Source of the DNA: Macrostomum lignano
Lineage: Eukaryota
Assembly (NCBI GenBank): GCA_002269645.1
Contig: NIVC01001172.1
Span: 1 to 64,000 of the forward strand
DNA: 64,000 nt
Direction of reading: 5' to 3'
The translations under genes were made by a program, and so were the position numbers. This document shows, piece after piece, positions 30,381 to 44,226 of the stretch. The notes under the pieces are model-generated. The model made no database searches. It worked only from the letters and a program-made list of their open reading frames with translations, and had not been told where the DNA came from. Numbering within the stretch: position 1 is the first letter of the stretch; every line of letters begins with the position of its first letter.

Positions 30381-31008
30381 TATTCGCATTTTGACTCGCA
30401 GTAAAGTATAAAAACAATTGAATGTTGGTTAACAGTTAACAGTCGCACTATTTTGGGTTTTAGCTACTAGAAGTTGTTAATTTTTCAAAGAACTGTGCAG
30501 TAGCAGAAATAACAAGTCGACAAAAAAGATAGCTTAGCAACATAGAGGTTTTTGAAATTAAAAATAGAAAAGAAAAATGCACAAAGAAGCAGTTGACAAA
30601 ATAAAATAAGCAAAACACTTAAAATATTATCTCAGAAAATAAATTCTCTAACTGATGTTTAATACAGTGGAGCATGCATAAGAATAATATTAATATTAAT
30701 ATCTATAGTTTTCTCACAATTCGCATACTCTTTTACACTACTGTCAAGTCAGTAGTATTTGCTACTATTTTGTTCCTGACTTAATAAAAATAACAGCTTA
30801 ATAGTTGCTTCCAGCAGACAAAAATGATAGCGATTTTCTCTACTTGCTACTGAGTACCGAGTAGAAAGTAGGCAAGTGAGCATCAACTTTAAATGAAAGC
30901 TTTTACTGTGCTGACACCTTTCTATAGATTTACGATTATCAATCTTATTGATTTTCCAATCCGGTTAAAAGAGACAAGCAACTCGTATGCAAAAAATGAG
31001 CTGAGCAC

Positions 31009-32847
31009 TCAAGGCACCCAATTGTCCATGTGCAAATTGTGGCCAGCGGCCGCGTGTTTGGGCCGCCCGACCTTGGCGTTGGCGCTCCTGCCGCTTTCAG
31101 CCGCCGACTCCGCAGCTGAGTCGCTGGGACCCTGGGCGTTGAAACAGCCCAACGGATAAGCATAAATAGTTGTATTCGCCAGATTAACTAATAGTTCAAT
31201 ACAGCCAGATAGCCTAGTCTTGTGCCTGGAGTGAATCTGCACAGTGTAGGATGCGTTGCGAAATCTGGCGCACAGTTCCAGGCGGGGCTGGTGCTCGCCT
31301 GCGCACAGGGCCGACGGCATGCTGGCGGCGGACAGAAGCTTATCCACCTGCGCGGACGGCGGGTGTTCAAATCTACCAGCCTGTGCTCAAATCTACCAGC
31401 CTGTGTTCAAATCTACCAGCCTGTGTTCGAATCTACCAGCCTGTGTTCAAATCTACCAGCCTGTGCTCAAATCTACCAGCCTGTGTTCAAATCTACCAGC
31501 CTGTGTTCAAATCTACCAGCCTGTGTTCAAATCTACCAGCCTGTGCTCAAATCTACCAGCCTGTGTTCAAATCTACCAGCCTGTGTTCAAATCTACCAGC
31601 CTGTGTTCGAATCTACCAGCCTGTGTTCAAATCTACCAGCCTGTGCTCAAATCTACCAGCCTGTGTTCAAATCTACCAGCCTGTGTTCAAATCTACCAGC
31701 CTGTGTTCAAATCTACCAGCCTGTGTTCAAATCTACCAGCTGTGCTCAATCTACCAACCTGGCCTATCCTCAGACTAAACTACCCGATTCTCCTGGCCTA
31801 TCCTCAGACTAAACTACCCGATTCTCCTGGCCTATCCTCAGACTAAGCTACCCGGTTCTCCTGGCCTATCCTCAGACTAAGCTACCCGGTTCTCCTGGCC
31901 TATCCTCAGACTAAGCTACCCGGTTCTCCTGGCCTATCCTCAGACTAAGCTACCCGGTTCTCCTGGCCTATCCTCAGACTAAGCTACCCGGTTCTCCTGG
32001 CCTATCCTCAGACTAAGCTACCCGATTCTCCTGGCCTATCCTCAGACTAAGCTACCCGATTCTCCTGGCCTATCCTCAGACTAAGCTACCCGGTTCTCCT
32101 GGCCTATCCTCAGACTAAGCTACCCGGTTCTCCTGGCCTATCCTCAGACTAAGCTACCCGGTTCTCCTGGCCTATCCTCAGACTAAGCTACCCGATTCTC
32201 CTGGCCTATCCTCAGACTAAGCTACCCGGTTCTCCTGGCCTATCCTCAGACTAAGCTACCTAGTTCTCCACGCGATGCAGCACAGAAGCAGCCAGCCCCC
32301 ATACCAGTATGGACCCGGCTAGTAACAGCCGGGTTCTCATGGCCTGCCGATGCACCAGATAGGCGAACTGCACGCAGGCAGTCTGTCCGAGCCGAAGCCG
32401 GTCGGCCGTCAGCCTGGCGCAGCAGTTGCACGGCTCGGCAATTCGGCCACACATGCAGCTGCCAGCGTTGGCATCAAATTCGGACGGTTTAGCCAAGTGG
32501 CTTAGATAGCTGAGCGTCTTCCTGACATTGGAGCGCAGCTCATCGAGTTTCATGGGATTCTGCAGCAGTTCTGCAACGCCAGACTTGGACGCATTCAAAG
32601 TTGCTGGATAGTGCCGACTGCCGGGGCCTGACAGCAGCAGCTGGTCATTGTCCGGCAGCTCCCATGGTGTTGCTGACAAAGCAGCTTGAACAGTTGGCCA
32701 ATCCCTTTGGTTTGCCAGCCTGTCCCGATAGCCGCCGCCATGTAGCAGGTAGACAATTGCAAATATAAATGCCGCTAATAACAAACCATATAGCCAGTGC
32801 TTGCGCCAGCCAAGATAGCGGCGGTAGCGAAATGTTACTGGCAGCAT
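31009..32847 (-). CDS. DUF4773-like Cys-containing protein with N-terminal TM anchor (about 293 aa)
   Basis: Exons (minus) 32847-32305 (donor GTATGG) and 31347-31009 (acceptor CAG), phase 0. TM HWLYGLLLAAFIFAIVYLL; CMCGRIAEPCNCCA...ACVQFAY...LLLAGSIL|VDKLLSAASMPSALC...LELCARF...GCIEL...LGCF follows the CxC..CxCC / C / C pattern I recall for DUF4773. Confidence 0.75.
31365..31750. repeat. 20-bp minisatellite (GTTCAAATCTACCAGCCTGT)n in the DUF4773-like intron
   Basis: Direct reading. Confidence 0.96.
31760..32262. repeat. 34-bp minisatellite (CTGGCCTATCCTCAGACTAAGCTACCCGGTTCTC)n in the same intron
   Basis: Direct reading; abuts the 20-bp array. Confidence 0.96.
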
Positions 32848-33001
32848 TGGCTTGGCTGGGCTGTTAAAACCAAGTAGAGCTTAAACTTAGTCCTGAAATA
32901 AAAGTGACGTATAAGAGTGGCAATTTTACTCTATTAGACTGGCAACGATTATAGAGTCATCAAATATATTCTATCTCTGAAAGTCTCATTAGACCCTAGT
33001 G

Positions 33002-33597
33002 CAGGGGTCGGCAAACTTTTTACCCCCAAGTGCCCGATAGAAAATACAGCTCATGGCTGCGGGCCATGGAAAGGAAATGAGAGAGAAAAGTAGAAAGGAT
33101 AAAAGATGATAGGTGAGATGAGAGAAAATGGGAGAGTAGAGAAGGTAGAGAGGGGAGAGAAGAGGAGGGAAAGAAGAGAATGGGAAAGAGGAGAGCGAGG
33201 AGAGAGGACGAGGAGAGGGGAGACAGAGAGGAGATACGGGAGAGAGGAGAGAGAAATGAGGAGAGATAGAAGAGGAGAGAGAAATGAGGAGAGATAGAAG
33301 AGGAGAGAGAAATGAGGAGAGATAGAAGAGGAGAGAGAAATGAGGAGAGAGAAATGAGGAGAGATAGAAGAGGAGAGAGAAATGAGGAGAGATAGAAGAG
33401 GAGAGAGAAATGAGGAGAGATAGAAGATCAGAGCCGGGGAGAGAGAAGAGACAAGAGAAAGAGAAAGAACTGCATGAGAAGAGACATAAACTTGAGCAGG
33501 CTAGATTGCTATTGTGAAGTTTCAAAGGACCCGAGGGCCAGATTGAGAAGCTTCACAAGCCGCATGTGGCCCGCAGGCCGAAGTTTGCCAAGCCCTG
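33002..33597 (+). mobile_element. hAT-type MITE with 8-bp TSD CCCTAGTG and expanded internal GA-rich tract
   Basis: TIR CAGGGGTCGGCAAAC / GTTTGCCAAGCCCTG; TSD at 32994-33001 and 33598-33605. Confidence 0.9.
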
Positions 33598-34028
33598 CCC
33601 TAGTGGGATAATATGGGATAAATGGGAATAACTAATCTTCTACTACCTTGTCATTGACCTTGTTGGCAGTCTATGCACTAAAGCATAAAATAATTCTTAT
33701 CCAATAGCTTTCTGCTTAAAAATAGAATCAGTAAACTTAAAACTTAGAAATTAAAGACTATTGGCAAAAAAACCTGTAGCTGTCTATCAACTGGCAGTCA
33801 TTTTTATTATCATGACTCATATATAAAGTGTAGCAACAAAAGTGTATAAAGTAAGTAATATTACAATATTAGCTTCTACTATAAACTTTAATTATAAGAT
33901 ACTCATATATTTAAGCATATTTGACAAAGCAAATAGACAAAAATTTTGTGATATACATAAAATAAAATCAAAATATGAAAAAACTTAGACACTAAAGTTA
34001 TCAATAGCAAACAACAAATTGATTAGCC

Positions 34029-34222
34029 CAGTGGAGCTACTAAAGGAGAGGTAGGAAGGCAGTCACTTTTCCCTTAAGTAAAGACCAGAAAAAAATCAAA
34101 GGGAGGACCAAAATAATTTTTGCCAAAATACAAAGCCATCCCTTCTGGTGTTCTGCTCCTTTCCCTTAGGTCTTTACCTTTTATAATATGCCCCCTCTCA
34201 AAAATTTCTAGTTTTGCTACTG
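34029..34222. mobile_element. Decayed 194-bp hAT-type MITE with 8-bp TSD GATTAGCC
   Basis: Termini CAGTGGAGC...GCTACTG; TSD at 34021-34028 and 34223-34230. Confidence 0.75.
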
Positions 34223-34744
34223 GATTAGCCTAATAAATTGTGCTAGCCTATACTTCCTATAAGTTTTTAGTATTTCTATGTGCCTAATGAACATCTACAA
34301 TGATAGTGCTGATTATATTATCACAATTTATACAAGTAAAAATAGTTTAATAATAGTCACATTGAATTTGCGCACAAACTAGAAATAAACTCACTGTTTT
34401 GTTTTAATATGCAAAATATTATTGACAAATAATTTTTGTTATAAACATAGCCATCTAAACAGTATATATACGAGTGAATTTTGCCCAAATAAAAGTAACC
34501 TTTTCTTGCTCTTGAAATATTTGTGTGCTATAACATTGGTTCATTCTATATTCTTAAATTAACTTTGAAATCTTATTGAGTTAGTTATTTTGAGGAAAGA
34601 GGGAGTAACAGTGCTCAGAAAATTGCTAAGAGAAGGGATTAGGAGATATACAAAGGAAATTCAGAGTTGTACTATGACCCTCTAATCCTAGTGAACGCCC
34701 AACTAGGACAATCTGATAAGTTCATGTACCAGTACTAGACCGCT

Positions 34745-34835
34745 CAGGCCATACATAAGACACTACCAGACTAATACATAAGACGCTACCAGACTAATAC
34801 ATAAGACGCTACCAGACTAATACATAAAACGCTAC
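34745..34835. repeat. Short 23-bp tandem repeat, about 4 copies (ACCAGACTAATACATAAGACGCT)
   Basis: Direct reading. Confidence 0.85.
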
Positions 34836-36305
34836 TAGTATATTCAAATGAAATTCTAAGAAACAGTTAAGGAGTGAAAATAGAAGTGCAATTAAGATAA
34901 ACTAGTTAGCAGACAGGAACAACACCTGTATAACTTGGTAGCATTTAGTGGGATTATTAAAATTGATAAAGTAGAAGATAATTAGCCCTGTTACAACATT
35001 GGTGGCAGCTTGTAAGATATTTAATAAACACTAGCATCAATAGTTAAGAGTTTAGAAAGACAAAGCCAAAAGGCCTGTCACAAAATTATAATTTTTGTTT
35101 TTTATTATAAAACTCAAATAATTGTCTAGTATATAATATAATGAATACTCTAGTTAGGCATTCCTTCTAGTAGATAATTATAAATAATTTTAAAAGTATA
35201 AACTATAATAATAGTAAAAAATGAAGAAAGTATTGATTACAATATCTTAACTTATTAGCATAACTTTGATCTCTCACTTTAAATATTATTTTCTGGTTTT
35301 TTTCTAGCATTATTATACTTTGGCATTCTGGGTTATTTTCTGGAATTTACAGATAGGCAACTTAGCAACCTGTTTCATTTTCCTGCTTTGGAATACAACA
35401 CTATGGGACTTATTGACTTTTTTATTCTGTGACTTTACTTTTTATGTTTAAATCTTATATACTAGGCCTATAAAAGTTTGAAAAAATCTAGAAAATAATT
35501 TAAAGTGAAAAACCAAAGTTATACCAAGCAAGTTCTCACCATAGACAATTTTTTATTAATATTTAAAATAAGAGAAGATTGTGTTTGGTTAGACTTAACA
35601 CTTCTATAACAATATTATAAATAAAATGTCTAAAATTACTGTCTGGTTCATTGATTTAAATTTAAAATACCATAAAATATTCACTATCTATTTTGGATAC
35701 TACATCTGGACAAGCAGTAGCAGTTTATTCATTTATGGCTAATTAGCAATAATCAAGTACCGAAAAATCTAGAGAAAAAATATTTTTTAGTTTAATTAAC
35801 ACCATTTGTCATAACTAACAACTTTGATACTATCATTTTTCTTCAGTTCAGTAATTATTCAGTAATTCAGTGATTCAGTAATTATTCAGTAATTAACACC
35901 ATATATTCATTTCTAGTTGAGATGTTTCAAAGCAAATAAAAAATAGTCCAATTGAGAGAGATCATCTGATAAAGTTGTGTAAGCACTTCATTTTTTAAGA
36001 CTTGACAATTGAGATGCAGATTTATTTAAGTATATTTAATACTGTAATAAACCATAGGTCCAATTATCGTTTGTCCGGCGCTTAAAAAGTTTTCGTGATA
36101 AAAAAATAAAACAAACTCATTAATATTATGAGTTAATATTAATACAAACTACGGTAGACTTTTTAAGATACTATTCTGACTTCTCTTTTTTCTAACGTAT
36201 TTTTATAGATTAATTAAATAGTCACTTGTACATGTATCCTAGCCTAGATCATTTTTTACAGAATATATAGTGTTGCATCAGATTAAACTTTATGTAAACA
36301 GTACC

Positions 36306-36420
36306 AAAAGGACTACTGATGATAGGATGTAAAACTCAAAGATTGTGTATTTTAGGGATCCCATTTGCTGGAAAAATACACCGCGGAGATACGAAAAAAC
36401 GTTTTTATCACGAAACTATT
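36306..36420 (+). mobile_element. Diverged solo terminus related to the TIR of the 16774-17821 element
   Basis: aggatgtaaaactcaaagattgtg...ctggaaaaatacaccgcggagatacgaaaaaa versus aggacgtaaaactcaaagatcgtg...ctggaaaaaatacactgcgaagataggaaaaaa. Confidence 0.7.
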
Positions 36421-37570
36421 CCATGCAGCCCGGCTGAGGCAAAAAGATCTCAGAAAGACATACAGAATGTGGACCCTAATAAATCTTGGTAACGCAATTA
36501 AAGGACTTGGATGATTGAATACCTACATTTTATAGATATGTACATGTACAGTACAAATGTAAACTATCGAAGATATAAATTTACAAGAACAAGAACAGCG
36601 GGAACACGAGATCGAATTTCCCGCAGGAAGTTCTCGCCGAGGTTTCCCGCGCGAGTTTTCCTTCCGAGGTTTTCCCGCGCAGGGTTTTTTCCAATCAAAA
36701 TTTCAAGTCAAATTCTAATCAAGCTTTTTCGGTGTCCCTGGGTGCTGGTATGATTTTACAATTGGTAGAGAGGAGATCCAGACGCTTATGTAGCTATAGC
36801 TATGTACGTGTACATGCACATGCGCATTGGAGGGTGGGACGGTGACAAGTGTTCTGCGTTCAAATGCAATGCCCCTGGTGTTGGGGATGAAATTATATAC
36901 ATTGGTTATGCTGGAAATTATGTTTATGATTATTTAGAAGTCCATTTGCTTGCCGAGCATATCTTGCAGAAGATTGCTTCCTGAACATTTCTTGCCACAA
37001 TTCTCACTGAAAGGATTTTTATGGATTGATTTTAACGGAGAGGAAATTTATGCATGATTGCAGTTTAAATGAGATGAAACTGATGGACTATAGTTTTACC
37101 TAGAGAATTTTTACGGACTTCAGTTCCAGTGTTGAACTTTTCAATCTAATAAACTTCGCAGATTCTCCTCTAACACGAAAATTAATAGTTTTCGTGGATT
37201 AGAATACAGAAAGTTTAATTGTTTGCGAGTGTATTATTTATATTGTTTACATAAAACTGTTTTCTTTGGCTAAGTGGTGGAAACGAGAAGTGTTTTTAAC
37301 TATGTACAGTTTTTGTTTTAACAAGTTACTATTTCCACAATTTTTTCGTACGTGTTTAAATTAAGACCTCCTTAACCCACGCGCGCGTGTGAGATTGATA
37401 TTTCATAAAAAAATCAGGCTAACTCATAATAGTTTTAATGCGCTTGTAAGGACGATTCGAGAGTAAATTTTTGTGTTTAAATAACTAAGTATTCAGTTCT
37501 AAAATTTATTTTAGAATTTTATGGATTCGTCTGTACCATAAGCAGTATAGGCCTATCTCAAATCAATGCA

Positions 37571-38804
37571 ATGTTGTTGGTTACCAATCCAACAACAAAA
37601 GTAATACTCTTATTTGTACTAACTATTACTGCACATTCCGAGCAATTAATAGAGGGTAAGAAAAATTTGTGAGATTGCATTTTAATTATTATTTTTCAAT
37701 TGGTTGGAGTAGAATGTCCTAAATTAAATTATTTTGAGTTTTGACAGTATGATGCAATGTAATTTTAATATATTGATATGCTCCTATGGTAATGAACTAG
37801 TTTCCTGATGTTTAATTACTTTCATTTAAAGTTTTACACAAGCAGACTAACAGTAAAGTAAGTATATTTTAAAATGTATGTACATTGATCTTTAAAATGG
37901 TCAAGTTTTAAGCTTTGCTTATGAAAGTAAATTTCTATAGCTAGCAGCAGAATAGAACCAGTAATGTGATTGACCTTTAAATTTCTACTTGAGCAATTTT
38001 TTTTCAAAATTTACTATATTAGGTGACCAATTGTGTTATTATATATATAATGCTATTTTTAAAGCTTTAACATATCTCAAATATATCTTTATAAAATTGT
38101 TTTTTTATAATATGCCATCAAAATATTTAAACATGCAAAACCAGGACATTTCCATTGGAGCATTTTTATATGCCATATTGCATAGTAACATTTAATAAAC
38201 CATTAATGAAAGTAAATGTCATTATTATATAACTAATAATTAAAATTGTTATTAGTTGTTTTGAGGATTAAGATAGTCTTTTTAAAAGAATAAACTTAAT
38301 TCTTCCTTTCCACTTTTCTCTTTCTTAGGGGCCTTTTAGAATTAGATATGCCTTTTTGTTAATCAATTTAAAAATGCTTTGGTAATAAGAAGCAAAAAGA
38401 GAATTTTAAAAAATAAAACCTAGTAGTATAATTTAGTTTTATTACCTTTTTATTAATAGACAATAAGTTAAATGCCTAATTCTAGGGCTTATAACTCCAA
38501 CAAACATAAAATAACCAAAATCAGTGTTTTTTTAATTGTTTACAAGTAATATTTTTGGTCTAAATATACTTTTCAATTCCCATTGTAGATAGCAAGTATC
38601 AACTCAGTAATGTAAAGGATCATGTTAATTTTTTAAGTGATTGTCCAATATTGTCAGCTTGCCAAGATCTTCATCGATTTGTAATCAGCTGTGATGCAGT
38701 ATCTACTTTGATCGGTTGTGGCACTTGTCTTGAAGGTTATCATTCATCACCTACACCTACGAAAGAACCAAGACAAGACCAACATCTGACAACTTGTATA
38801 CAAT
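37571..38804 (+). CDS. Two exons (signal peptide plus Cys-rich domain), probably an alternative or true 5' end of the NPDC1-like gene
   Basis: 37571-37655 MLLVTNPTTKVILLFVLTITAHSEQLIE (donor GTAAGA, phase 1); 38658-38804 ACQDLHRFVISCDAVSTLIGCGTCLEGY...DQHLTTCIQ (donor GTAAGT, phase 1 to 1), phase-compatible with the exon at 42835. Confidence 0.68.
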
Positions 38805-39467
38805 GTAAGTCTAAGCTTTTGTCTAATTCTTCTTAGTGATTTTTTATAGTATGCCATTGAAGTATATAAGCTTCACTCTAGGAAGGTTTAACATGGGTTA
38901 GGGGTCTAAGCCCAATTTATATATAAATTTTTGTCTATTATAGATTTTAATGCAAAAATTTAAGGATGGTAAAAATGGTTGATTCAAATTTATTCAATTG
39001 TTTGTAAAAAGAATGCAAATAGCTATCAGAAAAATTTTTTTCTTAAAAATCAAATCTCTCCTTACTAAATGTCTTGGTTGCTCCCTAATAGAATAATACA
39101 TACTTTAGCATGCTGATAGGTACTCCTTAATAGCAAAATTAGGAATTTTTTAGATTTATAAACTTTGATTTTTTTAGAAAACTACTTCCTAAAAAAAGAC
39201 AAACAGACTAGTGCTCATATGCATGTTTGAAAGCTTGGACGATAGGAAATAGTTACAAATGGTCAGAATGGTTCTCAGACCTAGCAAGGAAGTTCAAAAT
39301 AGTATTTCTTATTTCACTTATACAAGATAATTGAGGGCAGAGATTGCAATAAATTTGTCGCCTATGACCCCAGGTTCAACTGTGGCTTGCGTGCGCAAAA
39401 ATTGGCCCGAGGAGGTTGTCGTGCGATTCAAAGCCATAAGGATGATAAGAGCCAACCTCAAAGGGCA

Positions 39468-39625
39468 CAGAGAGTGTACATGTCTGAGCATCAGAAAGTC
39501 AGGGCCGCTGTACACCCTGCGTGAGCGTGTGCATGAGTGCGTGCCTGAGTACAGTACTGGCGCGCTTGTATGCGCTCAGCAGTCAGCGGAATGGGCAGAT
39601 TGCCCCAGCACTGGTTGTGAGGCAA
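39468..39625. repeat. Dispersed ~200-bp repeat, copy 3 (inverted relative to copies 1 and 2)
   Basis: gagagtgtacatgtctgagcatcagaaagtcagggccgctgtacaccctg... Confidence 0.85.
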
Positions 39626-41976
39626 TTTTTAAATGTGTGCGTGACTTGAGTACCGCGCTATGGTGTTACTTTTCTGTCAATAATAAGTAGCTTATCTAGA
39701 AATGGAAAAACAACAGACGGCTACTGCGGGGTATAAGCCTAGTTATTAGTGTGTTTTCATTGAAATTCGAAATGCCTTGAATCCATGTCACGATCCTAAT
39801 GCTTGAGCTTGGGCCTGGGCTAACACTTCTTAAATATCCTGTTCTGTTTTTCGTTGTCTCGGCTTACATTTGTCATAATAGATCGTGTTTTTTTGTAAGT
39901 CAAATATTATAAAAACAAATTTATATCTAATATCTATAGGCCCTGGCTTTGCACAGGTAGGGCAGGCAGACAGGCAGTGCGCCCCTGGAGTCCCTGGGCT
40001 GTCTAAAAATGGGGCTAATTTACTAGGATTAGCGGCTGCCTTGTGTCGGTAAATTCGTGGTGGTTGTGTTAGATTAGGTAGCTTATTTGACTAAAATACG
40101 CTCGTGTATATATTTAGAATTCCTTTTCCCTAACAAGACGGCAATCTAGAGGCTATGGAATAGTAGTAGTAATAATGATAATAGATTAGAGGGGCTGCAT
40201 ACGCAAATCTCGAAGCTAGCGGTAGGTGAGGGTGCAGCCGGTGCCGGCGCGTGCGTGCCTTTTGTTGCACGTGTTGGCCCTGCAGTTTATTATTATTATT
40301 ATTAAAGTGAGCGAAAAAGCTGCCTAGAATACAGTTGAAGCGTACGGGTGAGGGGCATCTGGCGGCATGAGGCAGGGAGAGAGGTGAATAGTTTGCAGAG
40401 AAATGCTTGTGTTTGAGCAGTGCTCAGTAAAAGCATATATTCAATGCCCCCTTGTTTTCAAGTATCTCTCTCTCTCTCTTCTCTACTCGAGCTGGCTCAG
40501 TGCGCGCCTGTTACAGCGTTTAAGTGAAAAGAATCGCAGCTTTGTGTCTTGACATTCGAAGAAAATTAATATTTGCAGTCGTTTCTTTGGAATTGCTTGT
40601 CTTTTCTATTAATTCTCTTTATAGTAGGCTGCATTCCATTGAGATGCTGGCTTGCTTGACTAGCTTACCCAGGTCCTGGACTTCGTGTCTAGGGGATATC
40701 CTGTCTTATAATATCCAGGATTTTAGCTTACGTTCAGTATCCTGGCTAGTTATTTAATTTGCTTCTCCTGCTTAAGTAGTCGGATGCAGACAAAATAAAA
40801 TAAATTATGCCTTTAATATTTTAACTGGTTTTGCTGTTTTCGCTAAAATGTTGCATTCTACGATTGTATCTGAATTTCCCAATAGCTTAACCAATCAAGG
40901 GAGAAGTTCTCTGTTGACTAAGCGCTCAAATGAGAATTAAGGGAATTTCTCAGTTGTTCAAGTGTTCAAGGGTCATATGGCTTTAACAAGTTTTTAGCAG
41001 ATAATGGGTTACAATTTCCTTCGTTTCTCTCCTTTCAAATTTATTTCGCTCAACAATTTGGGTAGCTGAAACGTATTTAGTTACTATAAGTAGTAGCAAA
41101 AATCTATCAGAAAAAGCTACATTGGTCGATTGAGTCTTATCCCTACTACTGCCACTACTGGTTATAAAAGCCTATGACTTTATAGTATATTCGCATTAGT
41201 ATACATTGCTCTCATTTTCTTTTCATTTTCTCTATTTTCAACAAAAAAACTGCACTGCTGGCGATTGGTAATCGTCAAGCACTTTTGGGGAATCGTACGC
41301 CGCGCACTAGGGATTAGCAGCACTATTTAGAGGCGGACAGGTAAGGGGAAGGCAGGACCGCGAACCCGGGGACTCTTAGGTAGAGGAAATTAATCCGCAT
41401 ACAAAAAATCAATCGCTTGGGTTAGAAAATCGATATGGCTTTCTTCCTCATATTTTCCATTTCCTGTTCTTCTCTCGCTTGCACAGTGTTCAACAATGGG
41501 GGAAGGGGGGGAGTTGCAGAGGTTTCTTGGCTAGATCCGAAAATCGATTAACTAACTGATTGATTTCCTCCCCCTTGCCCCAGCTTACAGGAAGTGTTGC
41601 AGTGCCGCTATATATTTGCTGCCGTACCGCTCTCGCTGGGGGAAAGTTGACTGCTCCCCTTTAGTGTTGCCTTCCTGTGTCCCCCCATAGTTGTGTCTAA
41701 CAGTTCAGCTTGTTGAGCTGCCGAGAATCGACAGTAACACCCGACAGAGGAATCCTCAGATGAGGAGCAATAATTATTCGAATATGAATCAGGATCTCGG
41801 CTTTGCGACCGTGCGCGACCTGCTGCTGCTGCTGTCGCTGCTGAGCTATTAAATGCTTTTCCGACGCCCGCTAGAATCCAACTGTCCATTCTAACCAATA
41901 ATTTCACTCTAATTAAAACAGATTTACTTTGCAAGCTTGCAGTTTACAATTGACCAATCTTTTTTTAAGTAGGCAA

Positions 41977-43522
41977 ATGCGAGTTAGAAAAGTTTTATCG
42001 AATCTGAGCCTTGTTGTATTGCTGCTGCTGCTAGTCAATGGTGAGTGTGGCCAGCAACTGTTTAGTGCTCCAATTTCTTACACGGGAGAGGGCTTTTATT
42101 TCTCTAAGCCCTATTGTAGGTTAGGGTTTTGAAACTGATAAATCTCCAAGTACAAGATCGAATTTAGAGATCTTAAAGGTGTGAACTTTTACATGGATAT
42201 CTCTCAAAATAGGAGATTTTGAAATCGATAGATCTCATAGTAGGAGATTTTGGCATGGATAGATCTCATAGTAGGAGATTTTGGCATGGATAGATCTCAT
42301 AGTAGGAGATTTTGGCATGGATAGATCTCATAGTAGGAGATTTTGGCATGGATAGATCTCATAGTAGGAGATTTTGGCATGGATAGATCTCATAGTACGA
42401 TATTTTGACATGGATAGATCTCAAAGTAGGAGATTTTGACATGGATAGATCTCATAGTAGGAGATTTTGGCATGGATAGATCTCATAGTAGGATATTTTG
42501 GCATGGATAGATCTCATAGTAGGAGATTTTGGCATGGATAGATCTCAAAGTAGGAGATTTTGACATGGATAGATATCATAGTAGAAGATTTTGGCATGGA
42601 TGGATCTCATAGTAGAAGATTTTGGCATGGATAGATCTCATAGTAGAATATTTTGGCATGGATAGATCTCATAGTAGGAGATTTTGGCATGGATAGATCT
42701 CAAAGTAAGAGATTTTAACACGGATAGATCTCATAGTAGGAGATTTTGACATAGATAGATCTCAATATGTCGATAATACTGAATATTATAACAGTTCAAT
42801 AATTAGTTTTATTCTATCCACCTGTCACCCGCAGCCTCCTCGCCATCTGAGTCTGCGGCCGCCTCGCTAAGACTAAATGAGGACAGCCTGGTCGACCAGC
42901 TCTCCGCCAGAAGTAACGCCAACACCGATTCAGCTAATCCAGGTGAGTAAAAACATTTTTGACGATTTAAACTTTCTGCAGAAAACCTCAAGCATTTCAC
43001 ACCCCCTAAAAGTAGGCGACCCCGACTCCAGTCTGAAGCTGAGCGCCCGGGCCGACCCGGCCGGCAGCAACGGCACCGACGGCCTCGGGCCGGACGACAT
43101 ACCGATTCGTCGGCATCCCGGCAACGGCGACTTCGTCTTCTATAGTGAGTCTTGCTGTGGTCTTCTTTGGACACTAATTGTTTTCTAGTGACGCAGTATA
43201 TTTAGGCAAAATTGGATATTTGATTGCCATGGGGTATTTTGATCCAATTATTTATAAATCAATATCGAAATTTGTCCACAATTTCAACTGCAGTCATCGT
43301 TGGCACCACAACTGGATTGGGCCTGCTATTGATTATTATCTGCGCTGTCTGCTGGTTCAAGTGAGTTCAAGAGCTATATGTTACCTGTCTGTCTGTTTGT
43401 CTGTCTGTCTGTCGATCTGTCCGTCTGCCTGTCTGCCTGTCTGTCTGTCTGTCCGCCTGCCTGTCTGTCTGTCTGTCTGTCCGTCTGCCTGTCTGTCTGT
43501 CTGTCTGTCTGTATCTGTCGAC

Positions 43523-43571
<49 letters not shown>

Positions 43572-43609
43572 GGCTGTCTGTCTGGCTGTCTGTCTTGGTG
43601 TCTGTCGAC

Positions 43610-43642
<33 letters not shown>

Positions 43643-43696
43643 GGCTGTCTGTCTGTCTGTCTGTCTGTCTGGCTGTCTGTCTTGGTGTCTGTCGAC

Positions 43697-43729
<33 letters not shown>

Positions 43730-43783
43730 GGCTGTCTGTCTGTCTGTCTGTCTGTCTGGCTGTCTGTCTTGGTGTCTGTCGAC

Positions 43784-43840
<57 letters not shown>

Positions 43841-43866
43841 GGCTGTCTGTCTTGGTGTCTGTCGAC

Positions 43867-43947
<81 letters not shown>

Positions 43948-43970
43948 TAGTGTCTGTCTGTCTGTCTGCC

Positions 43971-44039
<69 letters not shown>

Positions 44040-44065
44040 GGCTGTCTGTCTTGGTGTCTGTCGAC

Positions 44066-44142
<77 letters not shown>

Positions 44143-44165
44143 TAGTGTCTGTCTGTCTGTCTGCC

Positions 44166-44226
<61 letters not shown>

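Noticed and set aside
36500-37330. Possible decayed transposase or viral ORF in AT-rich DNA
   Set aside because: No motif convincing in any of the six frames
41608-41934. 108-aa minus-strand ORF
   Set aside because: Low-complexity, no domain; overlaps the probable 5' UTR/intron of the short NPDC1 isoform
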